A stretch of 64,000 nt of DNA, from contig CAYUKU010000003.1 of assembly GCA_964445435.1 (NCBI GenBank), forward strand, positions 841 through 64,840, read 5' to 3'. Every line of letters starts with the position of its first letter. Position 1 is the first letter of the stretch. The notes beneath the pieces are model-generated. The model worked only from the letters and a program-made list of their open reading frames with translations. It had not been told where the DNA came from and did not search any database. The translations under genes were made by a program, and so were the position numbers. This stretch comes from an uncultured Gammaproteobacteria bacterium. GTDB taxonomy: Bacteria; Patescibacteriota; Microgenomatia; UBA10105; UBA927. Below, one piece after another: positions 11,287 to 20,616 of this stretch.

Positions 11287-12795
11287 TTATCCCAAGCTTT
11301 TCCGAAGCACCGCAGCCTGCACAAGCAGATCGCTCGTCAGATTGTTGCGGTCGAAACGGGTAACGATAAGGTCGACAAGTTCCTTATGCTCCAGTTCTTC
11401 ATTCGATTGAGGTGACAATTCAGCCCCCAGATATTCCTCTATGGCCGCCACATCTGCCTCAACTCCCGCAAGCTGTGCATGTGTGCGAGAGAGCTTCTTG
11501 AGTGATTTTCTGTTCAGAAACCTCCCTGCCCGCCGCATATCATCTTTGAGATTGATATACGTCTTCTCAAGAAGCGGCAGAATTCCTTTTTTCTTGGCTT
11601 CCTGAAGGCCTCTTCCGGTGCCAATGAGCTCCGGCGGAATTCCGAGTGAATACATCGCCCCGGTAAATCCGATCGCACGGGGAAGCGTCACTTTCCCCAC
11701 ACCACGGGAATATCCAAACAGTCCGACATGCTGCACGCGCTCCCGGCGCTTCGGCAACAAACTCGCCACATCGTTTATCACCGGCGCCAACTGTTCCACG
11801 GTCATGCGATAGGGCTCCTCAAAGGAGGTGAACACATCTCGAAGCGCCTCTTCCTGGTCTTGTCCTATCTGCTTCGCTGTCCCTCGAGGAAGAGAGGCGT
11901 GAAGTGTTTTGACTCCTTTCACCACATCGATGAACGGAAAATCATACCGAAACGCGCTTTGGATAAGTGCGGTTCTGACTCCTTGGTATTCGTTTGCGAA
12001 TTGTTCAACAGTTGCGGGCGTCAGGCCTCCGCGAAACGGAAGCGAAGCACTGCCAATAATGGGAAAAAGTTCAATCCCCGTTTGCTTGGTGAACTCACGG
12101 TACCGCGAAAGCGCAAGTTTGATCGCAACAACCGTGGGAACGATCCCGCTGTTGAGCGCCGGATCGCTTCGGGCGACGTACGGTCGTATATACTCAGGGA
12201 CAAAGCCAAAGGATTTTTCATGAAGCGATACGTACTCCCGAAGAATCTCATCAGACCGGGAAATCGTCTCAACGTTCTCGAAAAGCGGAATAATCTCGAT
12301 GTGCTTAATCGTATCGGTGGAGAAGTTATAAAGCGTATGTTTGAGAGACGCGATCTCCCGGAACGCTTCCTGAATCGCAATCATTTCCGAAGCAGTCTGT
12401 GTCATGGGAAGAATAACCTCAAAAAGCGGTGTGCTGTGAAGACCTACCTGCTTGGCGAGACTCGCCGCGGCCAAAATCCCCATGAATGCACGACCCAAAC
12501 GAAACTCTGTCTCTACCTTCGGATTGGGGAGCCGAAAGGTGATGAATTTCTCCTTCCCGAGCTGATGTTGGGCGAAGTAATCGAAATGTTCTCCCAACAG
12601 TTTCTCGACCACCGATTCATCTACGAATTTCCCTTCCCAGTCCCACTTGTATTCATCTATCCCAAGATCGCTGAACGTAAGAAAACACTCTTTCACTTCC
12701 TGCCTCGTGCTAACAAACTCCTTCGAGTGCCAATACGGTTTGCCCGCATGATCAGGGTGTTGCGAGGCCATTGTCGTGGGGATAATCCGCTTCAT
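11287..12795 (-). CDS. ppcA: Archaeal-type phosphoenolpyruvate carboxylase
   Basis: IPTTMASQHPD, WDWEGK, TFRLPNP, ARSDPALNSG, LPFRGG, GLFGYSR, LPRAI. Confidence 0.92.
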   Translation of the reverse strand: MKRIIPTTMASQHPDHAGKPYWHSKEFVSTRQEVKECFLTFSDLGIDEYKWDWEGKFVDESVVEKLLGEHFDYFAQHQLGKEKFITFRLPNPKVETEFRLGRAFMGILAAASLAKQVGLHSTPLFEVILPMTQTASEMIAIQEAFREIASLKHTLYNFSTDTIKHIEIIPLFENVETISRSDEILREYVSLHEKSFGFVPEYIRPYVARSDPALNSGIVPTVVAIKLALSRYREFTKQTGIELFPIIGSASLPFRGGLTPATVEQFANEYQGVRTALIQSAFRYDFPFIDVVKGVKTLHASLPRGTAKQIGQDQEEALRDVFTSFEEPYRMTVEQLAPVINDVASLLPKRRERVQHVGLFGYSRGVGKVTLPRAIGFTGAMYSLGIPPELIGTGRGLQEAKKKGILPLLEKTYINLKDDMRRAGRFLNRKSLKKLSRTHAQLAGVEADVAAIEEYLGAELSPQSNEELEHKELVDLIVTRFDRNNLTSDLLVQAAVLRKSLG

Positions 12796-12901
12796 AAGAA
12801 ATACAATGTCGTCATTGTATCACCTGAGGCTGTTTTCTGGTAAAATAGAATCCGACGAATCCGAACTACACAGATTATAAACCGGTGATAAAGTAGTTAC
12901 G

Positions 12902-12994
12902 AATCGTCGCAAGGGTGTGAAAGCGGATGCGAACCCCTTGCGACACATCGTAGGGAAAAGCGTTGGAGAAAAACCGTAGGTTTTGCTCCAGAAC
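12902..12994 (+). ncRNA. Candidate tRNA-leader structured RNA, copy 3 (5' of tRNA-Thr)
   Basis: AATC-GTCGCAAGGG/CCCTTGCGAC stem, 19-nt loop, CGTAGGGAAAAG linker, GGAG...CTCC hairpin, 5 nt to the tRNA; TGaTAAAGT extended -10 just upstream. Confidence 0.7.
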
Positions 12995-13068
12995 GCCTCT
13001 ATAGCTCAATGGCAGAGCAGCGGTATCGTAAACCGTAGACGTCAGTTCGATTCTGACTAGAGGCTCCA
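12995..13068 (+). tRNA. tRNA-Thr(CGT)
   Basis: GCCTCTA/TAGAGGC acceptor stem, ATCGTAA anticodon loop, GTTCGATTC, encoded CCA. Confidence 0.93.
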
Positions 13069-13099
13069 TAACTTGCTATGCTCATCTATAATAGGTGGT

Positions 13100-13804
13100 A
13101 TGTTACGAAGCGGAAGAATCGAAGAACGAAAAGCCCGCAGAAAGATCACCCTTGCCGTCGTGGGGAGTATCGCAGTTTTGGCATTTTTCGCCCTGTTTGG
13201 CCTGAAAATTCTTGTCGGATTTAGCCTCCTTATCGATCGGATCCGCGGAAATACACCCACTACCCAATCTCAGGAAGCACTCATCCTCCCGCCGATTCTC
13301 GACCCGATACCGAGCGCCACCAATAGCAGCTCTCTTGTGGTGAACGGATCGGGACAGGCTGACCTCACGCTTCTTGTGTATGTCGATGGCGAAGAATCCG
13401 AAACAACAACCGTCTCGAAAAACGGTACCTTTACGATTACCCTCACCGATCTTTCCGAAGGCACCAAGCACATAAGCGCCAAACAAAGGGACGACAAAGG
13501 GAATATCAGTGTTCTTTCAAACGTGCTTAGCGTACTTATCAAGAAAAAGGGCCCGCTTCTAGAGCTCACCGCTCCTGAGGACCGATCGACGATCACCGGA
13601 GAAGATAACAAAGCAACCATCTCCGGCAAAACGGAAGAGGAAGCATCAATAACGGTAAACGGTCGGGTGGTCGTCGTCTCCGGAGACTCGTCGTTTACGT
13701 ATAAATACCCGCTCAACGAGGGAGAAAACAAACTGACAGTCGTCGCCACCGACCAGGCAGGAAATACCACGACCGTCGAACGCATCGTTACGTACCGGAA
13801 GTAG
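13100..13804 (+). CDS. Membrane-anchored protein with two Ig-like domains
   Basis: Basic N-terminus, TM helix, beta-rich repeats (LSEGTKHISA..D..GN; LNEGENKLTVVATDQAGN); start set at the ATG 7 nt after TATAAT. Confidence 0.75.
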   Translation: MLRSGRIEERKARRKITLAVVGSIAVLAFFALFGLKILVGFSLLIDRIRGNTPTTQSQEALILPPILDPIPSATNSSSLVVNGSGQADLTLLVYVDGEESETTTVSKNGTFTITLTDLSEGTKHISAKQRDDKGNISVLSNVLSVLIKKKGPLLELTAPEDRSTITGEDNKATISGKTEEEASITVNGRVVVVSGDSSFTYKYPLNEGENKLTVVATDQAGNTTTVERIVTYRK

Positions 13805-14927
13805 ACGACCGTTCAGATGCTCCCACATACAACCACACGAAAAGAAGCACCCACGGATAAACAAGGCTGTTGACGAATACACTGTGAACCAGAAGCGCCG
13901 AAACAAGGACGACTAACCCTTCGGACATGCGGGCCATGCGACAGAGCAACCATGCATAGAGTAAGAAACCTACAACTCCGGTCGTGATAAGTAGGAAAAG
14001 GACACTGCTGTCCACGCCTGCGGCAGCTTTCGATACGACGCCGGGCATGATGGGGGGCGCGTCAAAAATTGGCCGGAACCGAAGCGTATTAAACCCATGA
14101 CCGAAAACAGGCGCCTCACTGAAACGGATCATGCTCGCCTGCCAGTTCTCCACTCTGGATACTGTGGAAGCCAGGCGCGTTAATTTCAGCGTGTCTCCTC
14201 CGGGCGTGGGAAGAAGAAGCACCAATCCGAAGAACACAAGTCCGATGAGAAATTTCCATTCTTTTTTGAGGATAATCCATACTACAACTCCCGTTGCAAA
14301 TGCCAGATAGCTGCTTCTTGAATAAGTAAGATACAAAGCCAGAAGATTCACGAACTGGGTAAACCACAAAACCCGACGCGGAAACAGTTTCGCATCTGTA
14401 AGACCGACGAAAAGCGTGAGAACGATACCCACACCCGCGAAATTCGGATCCAGGAACGTAGAAAACAGCCGGTAATAATGTGGGTCCCATCCCAGATACC
14501 ACAGATTACGTAAGCTCGGATACAGCGCGAGTTGAATAAGTCCCAGAAGCGACACTATCGACCCTGCGACATACAGCCCGCGTTTCAGGGCGTTTGCCAT
14601 CGTCTTCTGCTGCAGCGCTGCCACATAGACACCGGCATAGAGAATCCACCGTAAAAGATACAATGCCGCTTCACCCAACTGCGCCGGGGAATACTTTCCG
14701 GCATTCGCAACGAGGGATATGACTGCGGCGGCGGCAAATAGCCGGATGGGCATGATCAGCCTCGGCGTCACAAATCGTCCCTGACGTACCGCATTCCACC
14801 CGGTCGAAACAAGAAGCATGAAAGCGAAGATGTCATGCAGGTAAATAACAACACCGGGCTTAAGAGAAATTCCTCCGAGTTGCCCGGCTACGAGACTCCC
14901 CAATAAGAAGAAAAAGAGCCACTGCAT
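13788..14927 (-). CDS. O-antigen ligase/Wzy-like membrane protein
   Basis: Multi-TM; RLFSTFLDPN, LTYSRS, PVFGHGFN. Confidence 0.8.
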   Translation of the reverse strand: MQWLFFFLLGSLVAGQLGGISLKPGVVIYLHDIFAFMLLVSTGWNAVRQGRFVTPRLIMPIRLFAAAAVISLVANAGKYSPAQLGEAALYLLRWILYAGVYVAALQQKTMANALKRGLYVAGSIVSLLGLIQLALYPSLRNLWYLGWDPHYYRLFSTFLDPNFAGVGIVLTLFVGLTDAKLFPRRVLWFTQFVNLLALYLTYSRSSYLAFATGVVVWIILKKEWKFLIGLVFFGLVLLLPTPGGDTLKLTRLASTVSRVENWQASMIRFSEAPVFGHGFNTLRFRPIFDAPPIMPGVVSKAAAGVDSSVLFLLITTGVVGFLLYAWLLCRMARMSEGLVVLVSALLVHSVFVNSLVYPWVLLFVWLYVGASERSSTSGT

Positions 14928-14928
14928 A

Positions 14929-15669
14929 CTATTTCAGCAGGTAAAGTTTGCTACGCGTAAGAAACGAATGGAAACTCATCATAAACGCGACGAGTGCCCC
15001 TGGTACACCGTCTAAGAACCCCAGACGAAGGAAGTAGTTGAAGAAAAACTTCGCCAGAGGGTAGCCGATAATCTGGACAATTGAACTTCGTACACCCTGC
15101 GCATGAAGAAGCCGCGCATTCAGACTAGAATACCGGTCAATTTCCTTGATAAATTGTGCGACGTCTTGATGGGGGAAATGTACAAGTGGCTGTGCGAGTG
15201 TTTTTGTCGGACCCTTCACGTCCCATATCTCGTGTACCGGACGAATCCATACCCCTGCTTTTCTCTTGGCGAGGCGCAAGAGCCGGATATGAGCAGTCTC
15301 TCCGTAACGCAATTCCCTCCCCCACAGGGCGTCTCGGCGTGAAAGATAATACCCAAGTATTTCGCGGTTATCGGGATTCTCAATTGCTCTTCGAATCTCC
15401 TCGGCAAGAGCATCACTGACAACTTCATCAGAATCAACGAAAAGAACCCATTCCCCTTTTGCCTTGGAGAGGGCGAAATTGCGCTGCGCGGCGAAATCGT
15501 CACCCAGTGCATGATTATATACCGCCGCACCTCCTTTTTTGGCAACCTGCGGCGTCTGGTCTGTTGATTCGTCGTCTATAACAATGATTTCATCGCACCA
15601 CGCGACGCTTGCGAGCGCTTTTGGCAGCGTGTTTTGGTCATTGTGCGAGAGAATGACTGCGGATATCAT
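14929..15669 (-). CDS. GT2 glycosyltransferase (WaaE-like)
   Basis: ISAVILSHN, DDESTD, DFAAQRN, WVLFVDSDE, VHE, GFLDG; start moved to MISAV. Confidence 0.88.
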   Translation of the reverse strand: MISAVILSHNDQNTLPKALASVAWCDEIIVIDDESTDQTPQVAKKGGAAVYNHALGDDFAAQRNFALSKAKGEWVLFVDSDEVVSDALAEEIRRAIENPDNREILGYYLSRRDALWGRELRYGETAHIRLLRLAKRKAGVWIRPVHEIWDVKGPTKTLAQPLVHFPHQDVAQFIKEIDRYSSLNARLLHAQGVRSSIVQIIGYPLAKFFFNYFLRLGFLDGVPGALVAFMMSFHSFLTRSKLYLLK

Positions 15670-15716
15670 TGGAATTGATTGTACACCTAAAACGGGGTTT
15701 CTATACACTGGGCCGG

Positions 15717-16817
15717 ATGTCACTGAGGAACATTCTTCCTTTCATTTTATTCGTATATTTGACGGGCTTTCTTGCCCATGCTGCTATCGTTGGGAAAACG
15801 GTCTACGGAGACGGCGCGTATTACTACTCCTGGTTACGATCAATCGCGATTGACCACGACCTGGATTTCCGAAATGACTATCGCCTCTTTGAAATCACAC
15901 AGAAAACGACGCAGGTCGGACTCATCGGCAATATCTATCCCATAGGGCCTGCACTATTCTGGTGGCCGCTTTTCACGGCGATAGATGTGGTTGTCCGCGG
16001 ACGGGGCATAAGCATGCCGTATCAGATCGGCATCGGCATCGGTGGCGTATGGTATGCCCTCTTTGGGCTACTTCTTCTTTTTGGGATTCTGCGGAAATTT
16101 GCCTCAGAGAAAATCTCCCTTACTTCGCTTCTTGCCGTTGCCTTCGCGACAAACCTGTGGTTTTACGGGTCACTTGATACTGTCAATTCTCACGCGCTCT
16201 CGTTTGCACTCGCGACGGTGTTTTTATCTCTCTGGGTATCGTCCAAGCGGAATCATCTCGTGACCGGAGCTGTCTTGGGGTGCATGGCACTGGTGCGCCC
16301 GCAGGACGCACTCTACGGATTACTTCTTGTTCCCGGCGCTACCTTCCGGTCTCTTGCGCTCAACGGGCTCGGATTTTTGGGCACATTCTCGCTTCAGATG
16401 ATTGCCTGGCAACTGGTGTACGGAAAATTCTGGGCGAACCCGTATCTTGACCGCGGATACGGGTTTGATTTCCTGCATCCGAAGATTCTTCAGACACTTT
16501 TCTCGCCCAACAACGGACTGTTTCTCTGGACCCCGGTAACACTCCTTGGATTCATCGGACTTTTCTTGCGGGATTTTCCCAAACCTCAGTACCGGCCGTT
16601 TCTTATCGCGATCGTTATCCTTCAGATCTATCTCGTTGCCAGTTGGACGACATGGTGGCAGGGCGCAAGCTACTCCGGACGCATGTTTGTGAGCATTCTC
16701 CCTGTTCTTGCGATCGGTTTGACTCATTTCTTCCGTCAAACGAAACGTCTGAACGTCGTCGTGCCACTTTCCATCGTAAATGGTATTCTTATCCTCGTGT
16801 ATTTATTGCAACACTAA
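15717..16817 (+). CDS. GT-C-like integral membrane glycosyltransferase
   Basis: GDGAYYYSWLRS, YPIGPALFW, LVRPQD, GLFLWTP, WWQGASYSGR; many TM segments. Confidence 0.65.
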   Translation: MSLRNILPFILFVYLTGFLAHAAIVGKTVYGDGAYYYSWLRSIAIDHDLDFRNDYRLFEITQKTTQVGLIGNIYPIGPALFWWPLFTAIDVVVRGRGISMPYQIGIGIGGVWYALFGLLLLFGILRKFASEKISLTSLLAVAFATNLWFYGSLDTVNSHALSFALATVFLSLWVSSKRNHLVTGAVLGCMALVRPQDALYGLLLVPGATFRSLALNGLGFLGTFSLQMIAWQLVYGKFWANPYLDRGYGFDFLHPKILQTLFSPNNGLFLWTPVTLLGFIGLFLRDFPKPQYRPFLIAIVILQIYLVASWTTWWQGASYSGRMFVSILPVLAIGLTHFFRQTKRLNVVVPLSIVNGILILVYLLQH

Positions 16818-16819
16818 CC

Positions 16820-17509
16820 ATGCAAACGCACGGACACACCACACTCGAAAGCATGAGTCAGGCGCTCTGGTATAACCGGTGGACGATGAACAAATTCTCA
16901 TCATTTCTCACCGGCGATATCCTCGAAGTGGGTTGCGGTATCGGAAATTTCACTCCCGCCCTCGCGCGCTTCGGGCGAGTATGGGCAATAGATATTGACC
17001 GCGATGCACTCGCGCGTACCAAAAAACAAATCACAGACGGAGTAAAAGTGGGTTTCGGTGATATCGAGAAAGGGAAATATTTCTTCTCCAAACGGAAATT
17101 CGATACGCTCATCTGCCTCAATGTATTGGAACATATACAAAACGACGGGGACGCAATTCAAAACATGCACACTCTCCTTCACACCGGCGGACACCTTATT
17201 CTACTCGTGCCGATCTACCAGGCGCTCTACGGAACGATCGACAGTGCAATTGGCCACTATAGGCGATATGCGCCGACGGAAATTTTGAGGCTTCTGACGA
17301 ATTCCGGCTATCTCATCGTCTCGTCGCGGAAATTGAATTTCCTGGGAGCCATCGGATGGTGGCTCAGCGGCAGGATGCTCAGACGATCTACGGTAAGCAA
17401 GCGCAGAATTTGGCTCTTCAACCGTGTCGCCCCCTGGGTGCTGCCAGTGGAAGACCTCATCGAGCCACCGTTCGGAACTTCGATCCTCATCGTGGCAAAG
17501 AGAAGTTAA
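16820..17509 (+). CDS. Class I SAM-dependent methyltransferase
   Basis: ILEVGCGIG, FDTLICLNVLEH, GHYRRY; start moved to MQTHG. Confidence 0.85.
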   Translation: MQTHGHTTLESMSQALWYNRWTMNKFSSFLTGDILEVGCGIGNFTPALARFGRVWAIDIDRDALARTKKQITDGVKVGFGDIEKGKYFFSKRKFDTLICLNVLEHIQNDGDAIQNMHTLLHTGGHLILLVPIYQALYGTIDSAIGHYRRYAPTEILRLLTNSGYLIVSSRKLNFLGAIGWWLSGRMLRRSTVSKRRIWLFNRVAPWVLPVEDLIEPPFGTSILIVAKRS

Positions 17510-18658
17510 CTATTCTTTCAATATTTTTTGGTATAGCACTGCAATTTTCTTCGCCCCGATGGTTATATCGTGAACCGACACTGCCCTTCGACGGGCTTTG
17601 AGCATATATTTCTTTCGCAACTGCGGACTGGTGATGAAAGATTTAATTGCCCGAGTCAGTTCCCCGATGTTTCCTGGTGATACAATAATCCCGGCGTCGC
17701 CAATGTTTTCCGGAATGCCGCCTGTATCTGTCGTCACTATCGGTAATCCGGCTGCCTGCGCCTCAAGCAGCGCGGTACAGTACTGCTCTTGCCATGTAAG
17801 AGTAGGTTTGCTGGGAGCCACGAAAATATCACCCTTCTCGTACATGTGTGGCATTTCTTCGTACGAGGCCGAGGCGAATTGAATCCGATTTTCTAAATTC
17901 CACCGGCGAATCATGTCCTTCATTACTTTCTTTTGACTACCCTCTCCAACGAAAAGAAATGTAAGTGTGTATTCTTCAAGCTCTTCATCAGTAACGAGAA
18001 GTCTCGCCGCCTCCAGAATATCCAAGACTCCCTTGTATTCCTCCAGCCGTCCGACGAAAAGCACGGTGAGCGTTTTTATTTTTGATGAACGGCGCATCTG
18101 CGTTGTCCTGGCCGGCTGGAACCGCTTCGTGTCCACGAAATGCGGAATGACGGTAATTTTCTCCTCGTCCGCGCCTTCAACGAGTAGTGCCTCTTTCGTT
18201 TTCTGCGTTAAGGCAATGATGTGATCAAGCTCCTCCCTAGCCCGCCTTTTAAATCGTTTCCTGCCCCAGATTCCTTCATTGTTATGGGGAATATTTTCTA
18301 GAACAGTCGCTATCACCTTTTTCACATATCCCTTCTTTTTCGCATCCAGACACTGTTGCGTATAACGGAAATACGTTTCCGCCGTGTGGACGAGATCGAA
18401 TCCCCTCAAAGCTTCCTCCAGGCCATGGAGGTAGTGCGCATCCACGAACACTCTATTGAGAACGGGCATCTTATAGGGAAAGTCGGGCGAGTCCATGGGG
18501 CTGGGAAGTTTCACGACCGGGAATGCGAATGATTCATGGTATGGTTTCTCCGATCCGAACGCCGTGATGTCGAAGTCCTTCACCAGAGGTTCGAAGAATT
18601 GCATTTCGTAGCGGTTCAGAAATTTCCCGCGGACAATCGCGACTTTTGGTCTACTCAT
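17510..18658 (-). CDS. GT4 glycosyltransferase
   Basis: LFVGRLEEYKG, EQYCTALLEAQAAGLPIV. Confidence 0.88.
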   Translation of the reverse strand: MSRPKVAIVRGKFLNRYEMQFFEPLVKDFDITAFGSEKPYHESFAFPVVKLPSPMDSPDFPYKMPVLNRVFVDAHYLHGLEEALRGFDLVHTAETYFRYTQQCLDAKKKGYVKKVIATVLENIPHNNEGIWGRKRFKRRAREELDHIIALTQKTKEALLVEGADEEKITVIPHFVDTKRFQPARTTQMRRSSKIKTLTVLFVGRLEEYKGVLDILEAARLLVTDEELEEYTLTFLFVGEGSQKKVMKDMIRRWNLENRIQFASASYEEMPHMYEKGDIFVAPSKPTLTWQEQYCTALLEAQAAGLPIVTTDTGGIPENIGDAGIIVSPGNIGELTRAIKSFITSPQLRKKYMLKARRRAVSVHDITIGAKKIAVLYQKILKE

Positions 18659-19736
18659 ACCGCTTGATGATTTCATAGACTTTTTCGGCGAACTTGCGCC
18701 AGGAATAGCGTTTCGATCGAGCTAAGCCTTTCTTGATATACTCTCGCCGTGCTTTTTCATTGTTCGCCATTGTCGCCAGTGCTTCAGTCAACCCTTGTAC
18801 ATCTTGAGGATCGACGAGTATCCCGCTATCGCCTACTACTTCCGGAAATGCACCCGTCGTGCTACCGATCACGGGACATCCACTCGCCATTGCTTCAACG
18901 GCGGGAAGGCAAAACCCCTCATAAAACGAGGGTGAAACAAACGCAACCGCTCCACGATAATACGCTGCCAGGTCGGAAACAGGCACGTGCCCAGGCTGTT
19001 TTACTCTTTCTCCTAGATTGAGTTCTTTTATCAAGATATCTATTTGTGGATCTTTCCAATAATCTCCTCCAACAAGATATAAGTCGAATATTTTCTTCTG
19101 CGTCTTAATGAACTCAGAAAAGCTTCGAAGAATAAGGGGAACATTTTTGCCAGGTTTCAAGGCACCGACAAAGAGGAAATAAGGATATTTTCCTTTATAC
19201 TCAAAACCTTTACCCGCAAAGGTATCATTGGTACCAGGATGTGCAACGGTAATTTTTTCCGTTGAAAGTCCATATGATGTCGAAACTTTCTTTTTTACCG
19301 AATCCGATACACAAACAATATTTGAGGCTTTGTGAACTGCCCTCTCAGTTAGTCTAGCCAATTTTGCACTTGTACCTGGATAATTAAAGGGATTAAAAAG
19401 GAAATTATTATCATGAAGAATAACAATACTATGTGGAGAACCGAAGGGAATTGCCTGTGAAGGACCGATAAATAAGTCTACTTTATGCAACAATAATTCG
19501 AGTGGCAATCTTATCTCGAACCAGCCTTTTTTCGGCTTAAGCACTCTATTATGCATGCGCTTACCTAGATTATCCAGTACGCTCAAGTCAATTTTTTCAA
19601 AGCTATATAACTCGTAGGAATTGTTCCCATCAAGCCTACTTAATTCCTTTAAAAGATTTAAAGTTACCCAATAAACGCCCAATTCTAAGCGTTTATCGTT
19701 TATTCCTAAAGCTCCCGCGTCAACTCCGATTTTCAT
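18651..19736 (-). CDS. GT4 glycosyltransferase (mannosyltransferase-like)
   Basis: MKIGVDA, FVGALKPGKN, PSFYEGFCLPAVEAMASG. Confidence 0.88.
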   Translation of the reverse strand: MKIGVDAGALGINDKRLELGVYWVTLNLLKELSRLDGNNSYELYSFEKIDLSVLDNLGKRMHNRVLKPKKGWFEIRLPLELLLHKVDLFIGPSQAIPFGSPHSIVILHDNNFLFNPFNYPGTSAKLARLTERAVHKASNIVCVSDSVKKKVSTSYGLSTEKITVAHPGTNDTFAGKGFEYKGKYPYFLFVGALKPGKNVPLILRSFSEFIKTQKKIFDLYLVGGDYWKDPQIDILIKELNLGERVKQPGHVPVSDLAAYYRGAVAFVSPSFYEGFCLPAVEAMASGCPVIGSTTGAFPEVVGDSGILVDPQDVQGLTEALATMANNEKARREYIKKGLARSKRYSWRKFAEKVYEIIKRYE

Positions 19737-20616
19737 AAAGATGTTTCAAGTATTTAAGTATTCCGTCAAATACTCCTCGGAACGGAGTCACTAGAGAATT
19801 TATACTTACTTCTCTACCGAATCCGAACATACATCTTAGAATCCAATTCACTCTGGTGATGACAAAAAATGGAAAAAGGAATAAGTTTCTATTCTTTAGA
19901 AAAAAGTAGGTTTCGTTACTAAAGAAGTGGAAATACCAAAAAAGTCTATTGTCTACTTTCCGCGCTCCTCCGTGCGGTTCTCTTAGGTGATAAACCAAGG
20001 CTTTTGGTTCGAAAATAATTTTGTATCCCTTTGCTTTAGCGCGAAGGGATAAGTCTGATTCTTCTCTCATTGCATTGCCGGTAAATTTTTCGTCGAATCC
20101 GCCAATCTCCTCAAATAACGTACGGCGCCAACTAGCGTTGCACCCAATAACCGTATCGATTTCCTGTTTAACAGTGGACGAATAGCCATCTGAAAAAATC
20201 GCCAATTTAGAAATTCTTCCAACTTTATCATTCGTATGTTGAATATTTTGTCCATATGCTATTGATCGCCCGCAGACTGCTGCAACGTTATCATCGGCAT
20301 AAGATAACTCGTGGTTCTGAACTAGGTTGGGCATGGCTACGACGTCGTCGTCTAAAAAAAGCAGATATTTTCCAGTGGCGACATTTGCGCCGACATTTTT
20401 CGCATGCGACGTGCTTGCCTCAGAAAGATATATATATTTAAGTTTTAGATCTTTTTGCTTTGCAATTGTGGCTATAATTTGTTTGTTGTTAACTTCTTGC
20501 TCTACTACGACTATCTCCCTAATAAACTCTTTTTCTGTTACTAAAGAGTTAAGCAATCGAACTAAACTTTTTCTTCTCCTATATGTGGGAACTACAATAG
20601 AAAAATTAGCCCTCAT
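19720..20616 (-). CDS. GT2 glycosyltransferase
   Basis: FSIVVPTYRR, LFLDDD, GGFDE, EESDLSLR. Confidence 0.88.
   Translation of the reverse strand: MRANFSIVVPTYRRRKSLVRLLNSLVTEKEFIREIVVVEQEVNNKQIIATIAKQKDLKLKYIYLSEASTSHAKNVGANVATGKYLLFLDDDVVAMPNLVQNHELSYADDNVAAVCGRSIAYGQNIQHTNDKVGRISKLAIFSDGYSSTVKQEIDTVIGCNASWRRTLFEEIGGFDEKFTGNAMREESDLSLRAKAKGYKIIFEPKALVYHLREPHGGARKVDNRLFWYFHFFSNETYFFLKNRNLFLFPFFVITRVNWILRCMFGFGREVSINSLVTPFRGVFDGILKYLKHLYENRS

Noticed and set aside
11728-12843. 371-aa plus-strand ORF and other long antisense ORFs (e.g. 3989-4639, 56665-57525)
   Set aside because: Shadows of well-supported minus-strand genes, with no motifs
11093-12994. Motif copies 2 and 3 as terminal inverted repeats of a mobile element carrying ppcA
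   Set aside because: No transposase or target duplication; a third copy exists; every copy is oriented with and abuts a tRNA, and structure is conserved more than sequence
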